NCBI GenBank assembly: GCA_973851085.1
Contig: OZ316775.1
Coordinates: forward strand, 15,810,001 to 15,874,000
Direction of reading: 5' to 3'
Source of the DNA: Ptychomitrium polyphyllum
Lineage: Eukaryota
DNA length: 64,000 nucleotides
Shown here: in pieces, positions 51,501 through 64,000 of the stretch
Position numbering within the stretch: the first letter of the stretch is position 1
How the letters are laid out: the number at the start of each line of letters is the position of its first letter
Notes under the pieces: generated by a model
The model's input: the letters and a program-made list of their open reading frames with translations, nothing else
What the model was told of the DNA's origin: nothing
The model's database searches: none
Made by a program: the position numbers and the translations under genes

Positions 51501-53704
51501 ATTACCTCCAATCGTGATCTAGTTAAATGCACTTACCTTGACAAATTTTGTAGTTGCTAGACTTGTAGTCACGATCCAGTTACCCGCAATCGCCTTGACA
51601 AATTCCGTAGTTGCTCAACCCACAGTCAAAAAGTCCAAGTAGATTTTTTGTTTAAAGAAAGTTGTTCTTTTTTTGTCCACGTCATCATTAATAACTTTTA
51701 AATTCATCTCTATAATCCACCTTGGATTTCCGCAATGTCCATGTAGACGTATTTCAATTTGATCAAATAAAAGTAAAAGCTACAAACTAACTGCAATGAA
51801 AAAATAATCAAACAAGAGCATCATCTTCCTCATCACATTTATCACAACCATTACACTACAAAATGTCTAAGTTTTTTGCCAACTCGTCATATTTGAGATG
51901 TTGTCATCTTCCTATTCCATGCATTTTGTTGCTTTTTGTAACAAAATTAAAATTTTGTTCCATAAGAATTGTATTATTTAGACCACAAAAAAAATGAGAA
52001 GCCTAATTCTACGAGGCCAAAGGTGATTAACAATACATCTTTTGCATATGAAAACACCTAGAGACAATAAAATTGAAATATATGTAGTCAAGGTTGTATT
52101 CAATAAAAGAACTTTCAAAATTGATTGGAAATACAAGGTCAAAGTTGTACACCTTAAAATGCTTTTGCATCATTGCTTTTGGTATAATTGAAATATAAAA
52201 ATACAAGGTAGTAATACAATATTTATTGTAATATATTGCATTTTTATATATGAGTACCATTATAATGCCTTTCTACAAAATAGCTATAGCATTATAAGCC
52301 TTCTTATTTGCATTATTTAATGTTTTTTAAAATATTGTATAAAAAACCATTAAATTTTCAAACCTATACTTAAAAAGATAACATTTGAAGAAGGCCAATT
52401 ACATATAGATTATTCATTGGGAAACCTACACCTCTTCTCTTTGCATTAAATAAAATTCACCAAAGTCTACATAATAATGAAGAAGGATCTAAACAAAAAC
52501 ATTGTACCAACCATCAAATACAAACTCTTATTGTAACTTTTAAAAATGTAAACCATAACAATGAAGACATTTACATTCTACATATAAACCTTAACAAATG
52601 ACTTTGCCTCACGGAACCTTAGATATCTTGTTTGTACTATAGATTCTTGATAACTCTACATTATTATTTTTTATGGTGGATATACATGTTTATCCTCCTC
52701 CACCACACAAAAAACAATGAAAGCAACACATCATGTCATTCTTTCATCATTTTATTCATTAAAGAATAATACTACTGGAGGCTCCATCAGCATCTAGGCC
52801 AGTTCTATTCAAGATTTGCATACATAATTGAATCAAAGTGTGGCAAATGTAATCACAAAACAATTAATTAATTCATCCAGAAATTCATCCAGAAACCATG
52901 ACTCTCAAACCCAAAACAAATACAGCAATGCGTCCACACAGTTTCATGTATAGCTCCGATTTGTGGGCCATAAAAGTATACTGCCCTCCATATACAGAGT
53001 CCCAATACAAATACAGCAAAACCAATATTTCTCGAATCCTCTAAACTGCAAAACCCAGAACCAAAAACTCAAAAACAGCCTGACGATTGATATATAACGT
53101 TGCATACATCTGAACACCACAAGCTGTGAATAGTAGCTTTCAGAAGATCAATCCAAGACAAGATGTGCTTCGGCGAAGCACTACACAGTAACTACAACCA
53201 TTCCAGCCAAACTAAGAAAGAATAAGCCCTAAACATGAAATGTGCATGCGCAGATAGACGAGTTCCAGAATCTAGCAACCCATTGGTAGCCCCTCAACAG
53301 TGCACATATTGGAGGTGATACGATCATATGCATTCACTCACACAGCGGAGGTACATTTACAAGCGAAAGGGAATCATTCTTGGTTCATGCGAAGCCCAAA
53401 CTTCGACGTTCAGGATACATCTAATGGGATGTACTGCATCCCCTGGGTGCCCATTATTCAATCTACAAAACAACTGCGATAGTCCTCTGCCTCGAGCACG
53501 CACTGTGAGGGCACGGTCACGACTCACGGGGCAGTGACTACAGCTGACCGGCATCCAGGGCGAGACGACCCCGGAGTTAAGTTCAGTTTCACACATTCAT
53601 GAGCTGTCCAAAGTATAGTGTTTCTGCTATGGGGAGCTAACCGTTGGAGCGAACTGCAAACAGTGTGCGGATGCTGGCGTCTGGAGCGGCCGATCGGAAC
53701 TGTT

Positions 53705-55867
53705 TCACACTGAGATTGCCTCCAGGGCTTTGGTTGTCGCCGCCAAGACTTTGTCCTCGGCTCCCGAGACTGGCTGCTCGTCCGATGGCGCCAGCCGCTC
53801 CGGGGCCAGCACGGATTGGACATAGTCCAGCCTGTAAAACAGTTTTCGCGCGCACCACGCGTCAGGGTCGAGTAGCCACTTACAGCACGCCAGGAGAATG
53901 TCATTTTTGGGTCCGACTAAACTAATGAACTTCGCCCCTTCTGTTCCGAAAGAAACTCTTAAAAAATGAAAATGACAATCATTGATCAGACAGGGGCACG
54001 CAGGGGCTGCCAACGTACCGGACTTCCATGACGTCCGTCTCGGGCTTCTTCTCGAACTGGATGCGGGTAGGGGTCCCTTGGTACAACAGAAGCGCCTGTC
54101 AAACAAAAACGCAAGACAACGCAGGGTTCTGCATGCTTAGGTTCCGCGGCCCAGGCAAGAGCGACGCTACGCGCTCGGGCCCATGCAACTGAACCTAGCC
54201 GCGGACGGTAATCATTGCCATCGCACCTACTCACTGCGTCAGTTCACACCAACATGGCTGAAGCCTTCGGATGATCCAGGTCTGAACGAAAGCACTTCGT
54301 GTGCTGGAAGGTTCACGGGATCGAGGCCAACTTACCTTGAGGTACTGGTTCTCATCGAGGGTGAAGCGGTGGTACATGCCGGGTGGCAGCACAATCAGAT
54401 CGCCCTTCTTGATCTCGATCCGGATCCACTGTCCGTCGAAGTCCCTCACGTCCTCATAGCCTGGCCCAGACAACGGTTCGCGACCTTATCAGCAAGGAAG
54501 ATCTCAGACGATCACGATGACAAGCACGGCAGATCCCGCAGAAGACCTAGTATGGGCGTGTACCATCTGTCTCGTGCAGCCCCGTAGGTACATGCAGCAA
54601 CACCGCCTGATCAGCGGAGGGAAGTACCTGCCCGGACAGCGATTAGTGCGATCGAGAGCAAGATTCAACTCACCAACGCCGTCGAGGATGAAGCGAATCT
54701 CCTCGTGGTCGTGCAAGTGCTCCATGAAAAACTTCTTCGTGTTCTCCTCGAAGTTGGGCAGTTTTCCTGGGGTGACGGTCAGCACCTCCTGTGCCACATC
54801 ACGGGGCGCACAAAAATAGGTCAATGAAAAAGGGAGCACCCAAGAGATTACCGAACCGCCCTCGCCCTTTATGTATTATATGGGTTGACTTGTGGAAAGT
54901 ACGGGAAAGCATAATAACAATTCAGTTGGGGATGTGCACGTATCGATAGGCATCTCAGACCCAAAATCAATCTCGCCGTTACCTCGTAGTTGTAACCGCG
55001 AACCGCCTTGATCTTGTTCAGAAACTGGTTCTTCTCAAACTCTTCCGTCTCAATGTGGGTCCATGTGAGCACGCCCAGCTCTGCAACCATCCCAAAAACT
55101 CGAATTAGCGCGTGCGACTCGCTCGCATCCACTACACCCTGTATTGCAATGCCATCGGCTTCTCGACAGAAACAGGCGGCACCAGGAACGCGGTATCACA
55201 TCTCTCAAGCACGTCTACACGTCCTACACTAGCATCGGATTCCAGAACCAGAGCGCACGTTGACCTCGCAGGCAGCTGGAAAACGTCACTCGACTGCGAG
55301 TGCCACATGTGCGACTTACGATCTGACTAGTGTCTCGCCACAGCAATGCCCAATCCGATGATTGCACTGGCTACCGCGAGGGGGAACATCCGCATGTGCA
55401 CGTTCCATCCCCGGATTCATTCCATGAGCAGGTACAACAAAAGCAAGCGGAGATGGAGAATCTATAGGCACTCACTCTCGAGATGTTCCGTTGACACCTC
55501 CCGGTTGGGGGTGTACTGGTGCGCCTTGCATGGCGCGTCGCCGTTGGCGTTGTAGTACCACGCGTTGATGGGGATGGGCGTCTTCATCTCCTCCTGCTCA
55601 TGTAGTGCCAACCAAACGCTACCTCAGGTAAGCGACACGAAACGTACACGACTAACCCTCGGATCATTCACGAATACCACCAGACCACTACAACAAGTAG
55701 CCCCAGCGAGAAAACAGGCATCAACTTCGGAAAATCTGCCCCAGCAATCACAACTCAGACTAGCATCGTGGAGGCTCCACTTGCGACGGGGGCGAAATGG
55801 TAGTGCGAGCAAGCACCTTGGTCTGCCGAGGAGCCGCGGGAGATGGGGTTGAGGTGTCCACCGCCAT
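53705..55867 (-). CDS. ARD: Second copy of the ARD-like gene; exons 55817-55867, 55476-55593, 54983-55080, 54674-54788, 54336-54460, 54019-54095, 53705-53831
   Basis: Mirror of 21392-23554; the ORF-track translations across it are identical to the left copy. Confidence 0.9.
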
Positions 55868-58800
55868 GGTCGCAGAGTAGAACTAGTACTGCACAACATA
55901 CAAAACCTTCATCAACGTCGCGAATCCTAAGCTTCCTACACTCCAAACTCCGGAAAGAGACGCCGACAGGACGCAATGCCGGACGACATGGAGAACTGAG
56001 GCGGCTCTAAGTACTAGGGTGCGTCCTGCACGAAACGGATGCGACGTCTCCGAAGGAAAGAGACCTTGGAGAGACGAGCTCGCTGGGATTATGCGTCACA
56101 AGGAATCATCACTAAGGGCACCCGAGGCCTCGGCGGGCGCTAGAATTGCGGCCAGGGGGGCCTCGGCAGTGCGAGATGCAGTCAAGTGAAGGCTATAATT
56201 GATATCAGGGACGCGTTTGAAGGGGGTGGCGTGGGGGAGGAGAGGTGTGGGGTTGGGCTGTGGTCGTGCGGGGAGGGGAAAGGCTACGATTCTGGGAGGA
56301 CGAGACAAGCGCATCCACGGTGCTACCGGGATTTCACTCCTTTCGCGGAGCACTACACACTACTGTAGACTCCGGGCCTGAAGTGGTTCGGGTGTTGAAT
56401 CTGCTGCGAAGATGGGACCCCTGGCTCGAGTAGCCGTACTCTTACGTTTGTCTTTTCTGCGTGAGTGCCTCGTCAATCCTTACCATCCTGCGTCGTCATA
56501 TTCTCGCATCTTCATTGATGATTTTCTATTTTCGCGCATCTCGCTGCTGTCTTTCTCCTGACGTATCCGTGTACCACCTTCTTTTGGTAGCCTTCTTCCA
56601 TATTGTCGTGTGTGTTTATCGCCTCTTGGTTTTCATTTCTCCTCTGGTCTTCTTTTGACCACCCCGTACCTTATGTATGAAGAGTAAATTATAGGGCTAC
56701 AACGCCTTTCGCAATTCATCTATAGGATGTCTTTAGATCTGGAGTAATTAGAGAGGTTCATGTGTAGAGTGGCGTCCAGGAAGCATATAGACTTCCAGGC
56801 AACTTGCATTTCTGTATGCAGTATACCTGTTTTGTTTTCTCTCTTGCGTCTTCCATCTGAAGTATCTCCCCTTTATATCGCATGAATTCCTATATATGAA
56901 TTTGGGGGCTTTATACTGGGATTTTGCTACTTCAGGAGCAGCTTTGAAATGGAGCACGGAAGCTTGAATTCAATGTTTTACATTTGAAGAAATATCGGGA
57001 CGGTTTTTCCAGCACCTCACCACTTCTCAACGAAAGATTGGATAACTGAATTTAATGGAAATTTTCAAATATTTTTCGTGTAAGTTTCTAGTTGTTGTTG
57101 TAACAAAAAGGGACTATAGCAAGCATTGCGCCTTGGGCATAATGGAAGCTTCCCACTTACCAAATCTCTTCTGCCAGTGTGGTTGACGCTACATCATAGT
57201 TTATGTCAACCTCGACTTCAGTCTAATCAAATTAAACGGAGGAGCTTATAATAAAGATCTCTAGGTAGTAGATGGATGTGTTGTAAGGACAGAAAAGAAA
57301 CTATTGAAAATGTTAAATGCCGCTGAGTATTTGAACTGTGAGCCAATCGTGATGTTGACAATGCTTGGATATTTTTAATCGAAAACTTTGGAACGTCCCA
57401 AATTTTGTAGCCAGAGAGATACAGCGGTTTAAAAATTGTTGGAATGGCATCTTCTTTAGATAATGGCATTTGCTAAAGCGCATGCTTCGAGTATGTTTCG
57501 GCCATCACCAACAATGGTGTGTTTCCCGTGATGATGCTGTTTATTGCGATGATACCGGATTGATGTAAGAATAGAAGAACGGAGATGAAGTGGAGTTGAG
57601 TTGGCGCTCAGCTGCAGCTGTAAGGTCGTCGACGGCGAGATTTTGAATATCTAAGGTGAAGGTTTGAGCACAGAAGTAGACGTGAGTAGAGGCTGAGGCT
57701 AAGGCTGAGACGGCGAGTTGAGGACGAGGAAGAGAAGAGTAAGTGCGAAAAGATCCAAGGAATTAATCCAAGGCTGATGAGTGAACGATGGATCATGGAT
57801 GAACCATGTTCATTGAAGTGAGATAGGGCAGCTTTGGGGAATTGGACTGGGCAGCCAAATTTTCTTTTGATTTCGCCCTAGGGTAGGTGGGCCTTTCCAC
57901 CGGGGACCGCATCTTTGACAATAGCCGCGCGTCCGCAATGCCGAACCCGTTGGCGGGAATCAATATTTCTCTACAGCGCACCTCTATTCCCAGGTGGGCA
58001 AGCACTTTAGATGTAGCTTTCGAAATCATCAAGTTACTTCTGCACAGTACTAAATTAACGACACAATCGTCGCTGGCAATCTGCTCATCGTATGGGACGC
58101 TGATTGACCCCGCTTTGTAGATCAACGAAACACACACTGCCTAATCAAGGAATCCGAATTCTCACTCCACTGTGATCGTATTGAAGCAACCGCAACTCTA
58201 CTTTAAAAAGAAAAAAAATCGAGAACATCGAAAAAAATGCACCCATGATCTACTGTGACCTCCTAAACTAAGTTGTTCAGACAACTGCTCTTTTCAAAAC
58301 TTTAATGTAGTGTTGGAAAACACACAGATTGTATCCCACGAGAATGATTAATCACTCAATCATCGACTCAAAACATATCATCATGCAGCTATATGGATGT
58401 ATGAATCAGTTGCTAGGAGTGGAGGAAGATGATAGAGCAGCAACCAGGAGTATATTAAAGTTTAGCATTCAACAACAAAGACTTTACACTTGCCTTTTGT
58501 CTTTCTGCCCAAGTTATGACATGTTGTGGATCGACTAGAGTACATCAACACTCTCACCCTGGCGGACTCCGAGAAATCCGATTAGATTGCTGCCCTATGT
58601 TTTCAGGGAAATTTGCCCCTTCCTCGGCTATGGTGCACTAGCTTTGCTTCTTGCTTCTAGTTTGTAGCGCTGCTCTTCTTTCTGTTGCTTTCACAATGAC
58701 CGGGGCTTCAAAGCATTTGTACAGACTGCCTCTTTGCTCGTAGTATTGTATAGGCTTGTTTCTTTAGCAACGAATGAATGGGTGTTTCTTGGCACCGACG

Positions 58801-60777
58801 TACCTCATACTCAGATGCAGATCGTGTTTCCATTCCCTTGAAGCATTTAGGATATACACATATAGTGCAAGAGAAGGAGGCGGCGTTTTCCTTGACATAG
58901 GAAGTTAGAGTGTCGTTTTCAACACCACCTTGGCTGCTGGATATCTTGTAGACGGTGATCCTCCTGATGGATTTCTGCAAGGCTCTTGCAGCCTCTGGGT
59001 AAGGCCACGCACTTGTAAACGTGCCCACTTGACCACTTCATCTCCTCGCGTTGCTCATACTCTTGCAACTTCAAATAGCTCTTGGTCACTCAACTTCACT
59101 CTGGTTACAATGGTTCAGCCACTTACACGCACCCTTCTCCCTTTGGGAACCTGGATTTGGAGTGTCGGTTACTTAGTAAGTGCAACTTGTTTGAACAACT
59201 AATCAGAGTGACTTACCGCACACCAACTCTAGCATCTGGCTAGAGCACCTCACATCTAGCTTCTACACACGCACTTTTTCTCATCCCTCCGCATACTCAA
59301 TGTTATACACTCTGATGCAAAAGTCTTCTACACACTCTCAGGTTTATCCCGAACTCTCGTGCACCTTCCTATTTTCAGGCTTCTAGATTCAGGTGCCCCT
59401 CACGTATCTCCACTCGCACCTCATCTGCTCACTTTGGGACAAATTTTCCGACATTTATGTATGTCTATTACTTCAGAGATGGCTCATAGTAGGCTATCAT
59501 CCCTTTTTTTTAAAAGAAAATGAAGATGAAGGAGCATTGGGCCCTATTATCTTTACCAATAAGAATCCTCTCCATGCCCTCCTTAATAGTTCCACTTCCA
59601 TTTTTAAAAGTCCCACTTTGGCAATTCAAGATTAAGTAAGTACAAATAGATCAACAAAGTTGTTAAGGCTCCCTTTTATAATAGGAAATGGAATGGAACT
59701 AGAATTGGATGGTATATGGGATGGAAACAAGTCATATCAGCGACCTTATATTAATTATCAAATAATTCTAATGTCCTTTTCATTTTTGTAATATTGATTC
59801 TGAGTAATTTATTGTTCATTCAATTCTAGTTTTTAGTTTCATTTTTTACAAAAAAAAATTTAAGATTTATGAAACTCGTACAACGGAATAGGCTTTCAGT
59901 CCTTCCAAAACAACACAGTATTAATTAATTTAGAACTTTCTAAGTAAACCATTTGAAAATTTGAATGTTCTCTATGCTTCCAAAATTGCTAAATTGGATA
60001 AGTTTGGAATTTATAATGTAAAATGGACATATTCAGAACAGCCAAAAAAATAATCTATAGATAATTATCAAATCATTGAGATATTTTGAGTGGTTTGCTA
60101 AACAACTCCAAATTCTTACAAAAGTTCCAATTTAATAATATTGGTATTCAGACCCTCTTCTTTTATACCAAACTTTTCATGCTTGGCTCATTGGATTTCA
60201 AATTTGATTGTTTTATTAATAGTACAGATAGAAATCTAAAAACATCACCTAAATGTAAACATAATTAATCCACATTCCCATCTTTTAGAATAAATATTAT
60301 AGTAGTATCGAATTCAATTGTTGGCTTGAACAACAATTTGACCAGGTATCCACTAAAAATGTTTTGCAGTGAAGAGACTCATGAGGTAGAAGATTTTACA
60401 GAACAAAAAACTCCAACCAAACATGGATTGCGTGGAAATTCAGGAGTTAAAAAAACTTTTCTGTCACAACATTCATCAAAATCCCAAATACAAAAGTTGA
60501 AAGGTTTTGCATCCGATTTCAAAAATACACAATGATTTACATGTGAGTAACGGTGCGTTAGTGATCAAACTTGGAGACTACACACATGCCAGGAAAATTT
60601 CGAGCGTTGGAACTGTCCGGCAATCGTAATCCGGGCAATCGGTCTAAAGTAGAGAGGTCAGCACCAATTTAGAAAACACCTTTCAAGCAAGTCAAGTGCT
60701 AAACCTTCCTTGTGTGATGAGGCTAGCTTAAACTTTTTGAATGTCCTTTGTTCGTGGCAACAAAACCAGCCAGTTCA

Positions 60778-63503
60778 TTAATGCCATCCACAAACATAAT
60801 CCAAAAAGGCTACCAATCCGATAGAAGCAGGGTAAAGTGCCAGCCCAATGAAGGCCATCCAAAGTGGGAAAGTTGTGCGTACAGCTGCTACAAAACCCAT
60901 GATCAAAGTCGCGAAAAAAATCACGGATATCTCAGCTGAAAAGTCCCACAGAAGGCCTCGGAAATACACAATAGCCAAGAAGATTCCCAAGCACATGGTG
61001 TTGTTCATTGTCACAGCACCATAAATCTGCACACAATCATCATTACGAGATCAGAAGGCTACTTCATTCCCGGCACAGCGTTGAAGCCAAAGGTATTATA
61101 TGTGGAGAACCAAAATTTGTGAATTTTCATTCAAAACAAACCGAGACAGTTCGATTGCTTATGAACGGGCCTAACTTTCACATATCATCCTCCTTTTCTC
61201 TAACAGAGTTAATTATTCCATGCGCTCTCTGTTTGGTCCGACGTACCTGGGAGTAAGTCATGGAAATATTTTTCTTGCGTTTCCTCTTGGCAAAGATGAG
61301 AGAGGAGATTGCTTCGCTAGAGTTGGTGGCCAGAGGTGTAGCAATGAAGGAGATAAAGAAGGGCGAGATGCCAGAAGCTTTAGAAAAGCCACCGATTGCG
61401 TCCACCAAGGGATCGGCAAAAACGGCAGCAACTACAGCTCCAGCAACCAAGTAGAGGACAGCTTTTCCAATAATCTGCCTCCTAGAAGGAGGTTGTTTGT
61501 TCTCATCCTCATCGTCGTCATTACCCTCATCCTCTAAGGACGCAAGATCCAGCTTTGCACTCTGCATCGATGTTCCAACTTTCAGCTGGATGGATCATAG
61601 CGCGTCAACAGATTTCTCCCTACTTCAAGGTAGTTTCAATATTGCATACCCTAATCAGCTTCATACTCATCTCAAAGTCATCCATGTGCTAAGACATGGC
61701 AGAGACAATAGTAAAAAGGATGACCCAACTTTAAGGTGGTATTCCTGTGTTCTTACCCTCACCTGAGCCTCAAAATCCCAACCGTAGTATTCGGAAGGAG
61801 AGCAATTCGCTGAGCTGGATGCAGACTTCTTCGTCTTGAAGCTACCCATGGAGATCTTCATCCATCGCTTGATACCCTCTAGGAATTCGTCAACCGAAAT
61901 CTGACCGTCTCCGGAAACATCGAACTCTTTCATCCAGTGCTTGAGTTCATCTTCATCGGGGACTTGACCGTTGTGGCGCTCAATTCCCAAGCCCAAAATC
62001 AAACCCTTTAACTCGGTCTCAGTGAGAACTTTATCGTGGTCTGGGTCGAAATGATCAAATAACCTGCCAAAACACAATGCATACATGAATTGGGTAACTT
62101 AGTTCAGAGCTGTCTTTAGAAACCGAACGCTTTTCTGTTGGCAGAGGAAGCAATTTCACGGAGTTAAATTCTGAGCGCCAAACCTCACGACCACTCTAAC
62201 TGAACAAGAAGATACTTCATAATCACCAAACCTACCTAACCAGCGCCTCCTCATTTGGTTTCCCTCCATCTATGAAAAGACTGCCCCAGTTCTGTTCATG
62301 AGTGTGATAAGACATCTTGTGAAGAGCGTGGCTTCTCCTGTATCTGGTCTTTGCCCAATCTATCCTCCTTTCCTGAATCCAAGGAGCAACAAGCTGCATC
62401 CAACCCAAACAAAATGCACTTTGTTGAGAGAACTAACACAATGCAGAGAACACATTAACAACCATCAATTAGCTTCAGGCAAGAAGCTCTTACTCATGTT
62501 AACCCACCTGATAAGTACAGTAGGCGATGAGACCAAGTGTTGCAATAACAGCAGCAATTGCGATGAAAAAATGCCCTTCAGTTTTCAAGCCGAATAGTCG
62601 AGGTATTTGTGCCACAAGAAAGGGTAGGAGAGTGCCCATCATAATCCAAGATGCCCATTTCGTTTGATTGTCGTTGGTGACTCCCGTCTCTGCTCCCAAT
62701 GTGCCCAGCCGCTCAATATTAATCCAGTCTCATCTTAAGCAGAAGACTTTGATAACCAACAAGAAAAGAATCTTTGAATCACCCTTCCAATTATTCCAGT
62801 CAATATCTCGCATACAATAGCAAGTGAGGTGAGCATCGGTAAAACAAACAAGGGGAGCTTTTAAATGAGTCAACATAGTATCTTCAATTTATGAACAGAA
62901 TTTGCCCTATTACATTGAATATTGATGAAATCTTTGTTGAATTTTCAATTTTAAAGCTGAACATTTCATTGAATTCTAAAGCTGAACGAAGTACAATTCG
63001 CTTTTTCCTATTAAAATTAAAAACATGCTTCATACTTTTCTAGTAGATGACATTCGTTCTGTGCACCAATGAAAATCAATACGTCTCTTTTTACAGGTAT
63101 TTTTTCGCACACCATTACTTACGAAAGTAAAAAACAAGCTGTTCTTTGAGTCAAATCGAACGTTCACTACAAAAATCAACTAATTGACCAAAACAGTGTA
63201 AAAGACTGTCGTACATTAAACCTTTCCAATCTGTCTAATTAAACACCGAATTTTTTTAACCAAAACATGTTACAAGATTAACAGAGATAAAGATGGCACC
63301 TGTAAGACTGAACCCCTTGGTTAACGTCCGATCCTTGGCCACAAGTGTGCCATTGGTCGGATGTGGCACAAGATCGCATCGGCCAACAATAAGGCACGCT
63401 CCCCAAAGCGCAGTGAGCACCATCACTGATGATCCAGCAACCAAACCCATGCCCACGAGCACTTCCTCCTGTGCATCTGCCTGGCTTGCCCCCAATCCCG
63501 ACG
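60778..63503 (-). CDS. NCL: Sodium/calcium exchanger NCL-like (EF-hand CaCA) protein, 5'-incomplete; exons 63300-63503, 62508-62689, 62236-62393, 61763-62063, 61247-61561, 60778-61026
   Basis: VGMGLVAGSSVMVLT.LWG.CLIVGRCD, PWIQ.RR, EF-hands DPDHDKVLTETE and DVSGDGQISVDEF, FADPLVDAI..FS.ASGI..FFISFIA.PLATNSSEA.S, IYGAVTMNN.MCL, RGL.WDFSAE; GT-AG junctions in frame; earlier exons lie beyond 64000. Confidence 0.93.
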
Positions 63504-64000
63504 CTGCAATCCACATATTTACCACATTAGTTACATAACAGGTGTTCCACTTGCACTTGTTATGCAGAACATGAAAGAACCTCAGGCGTCGCTCATTTTA
63601 TAGTCTAAGGCTCTACTTCCGAGTCCCAACTTGGTTGACAAAAACAGAGACTGCATTCTGTTCTTGTATTTCAATAACGCAAAAAAACAGGCATGCGAAG
63701 TCCTTTGATTAAAAAAACAGTATAAGATGATAGAAAAACGTTTTTAAAAAGTTCATGAACATTTTTAGGAGGATGTACTTGGCGAAACAACCACCGATAG
63801 GAACCAAAACCCACTGAACTGCATGTACTAAGTTTACGTCTAAAGATCCAGTAGGTACAGCATGGCGTTCTGGTATTCGCATTTCTTGTCTGCAGAGTCT
63901 CGCGATAAGCTCAATTTAGCAAGTTCCCTTTACATTCTTTCTGGGTACTAAAATTCAAGTGGCAGAAGAGCATCCCCTTTCCACGTTCGTCCATTAATTC

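Larger units (their letters stand above)
44441..56387 (-). repeat. Right arm of 11,947-bp inverted duplication
   Basis: Reverse complement of 20872-32818. Confidence 0.97.

Overview
Eukaryotic land-plant nuclear DNA with spliceosomal introns and CpG-depleted TE debris. The LTR family and gene architecture suggest a moss such as Physcomitrium patens; this is an inference and was not searched. Genes: a 6-exon BTB/POZ gene (+, 5173-8723), two near-identical copies of a divergent 7-exon acireductone dioxygenase (ARD)-like gene facing each other (+ 21392-23554; - 53705-55867), and the 3' six exons of an NCL-type Na+/Ca2+ exchanger with EF-hands (-, 60778-63503, running off the window). The dominant structure is a giant inverted repeat. 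Its 11,947-bp arms (20872-32818 and 44441-56387; position x pairs with 77259-x; only about 5 substitutions seen) each carry the ARD gene plus a decayed full-length Ty3/gypsy chromovirus. The arms flank an 11.6-kb spacer of nested TE relics (DUF659 hAT transposase pseudogene, two solo LTRs, older gag fragments). The left end holds a ~600-bp dispersed repeat pair whose second copy shows minisatellite expansions (28 bp x15, 22 bp x5) and a solo-LTR insertion, with the empty site visible in the first copy.
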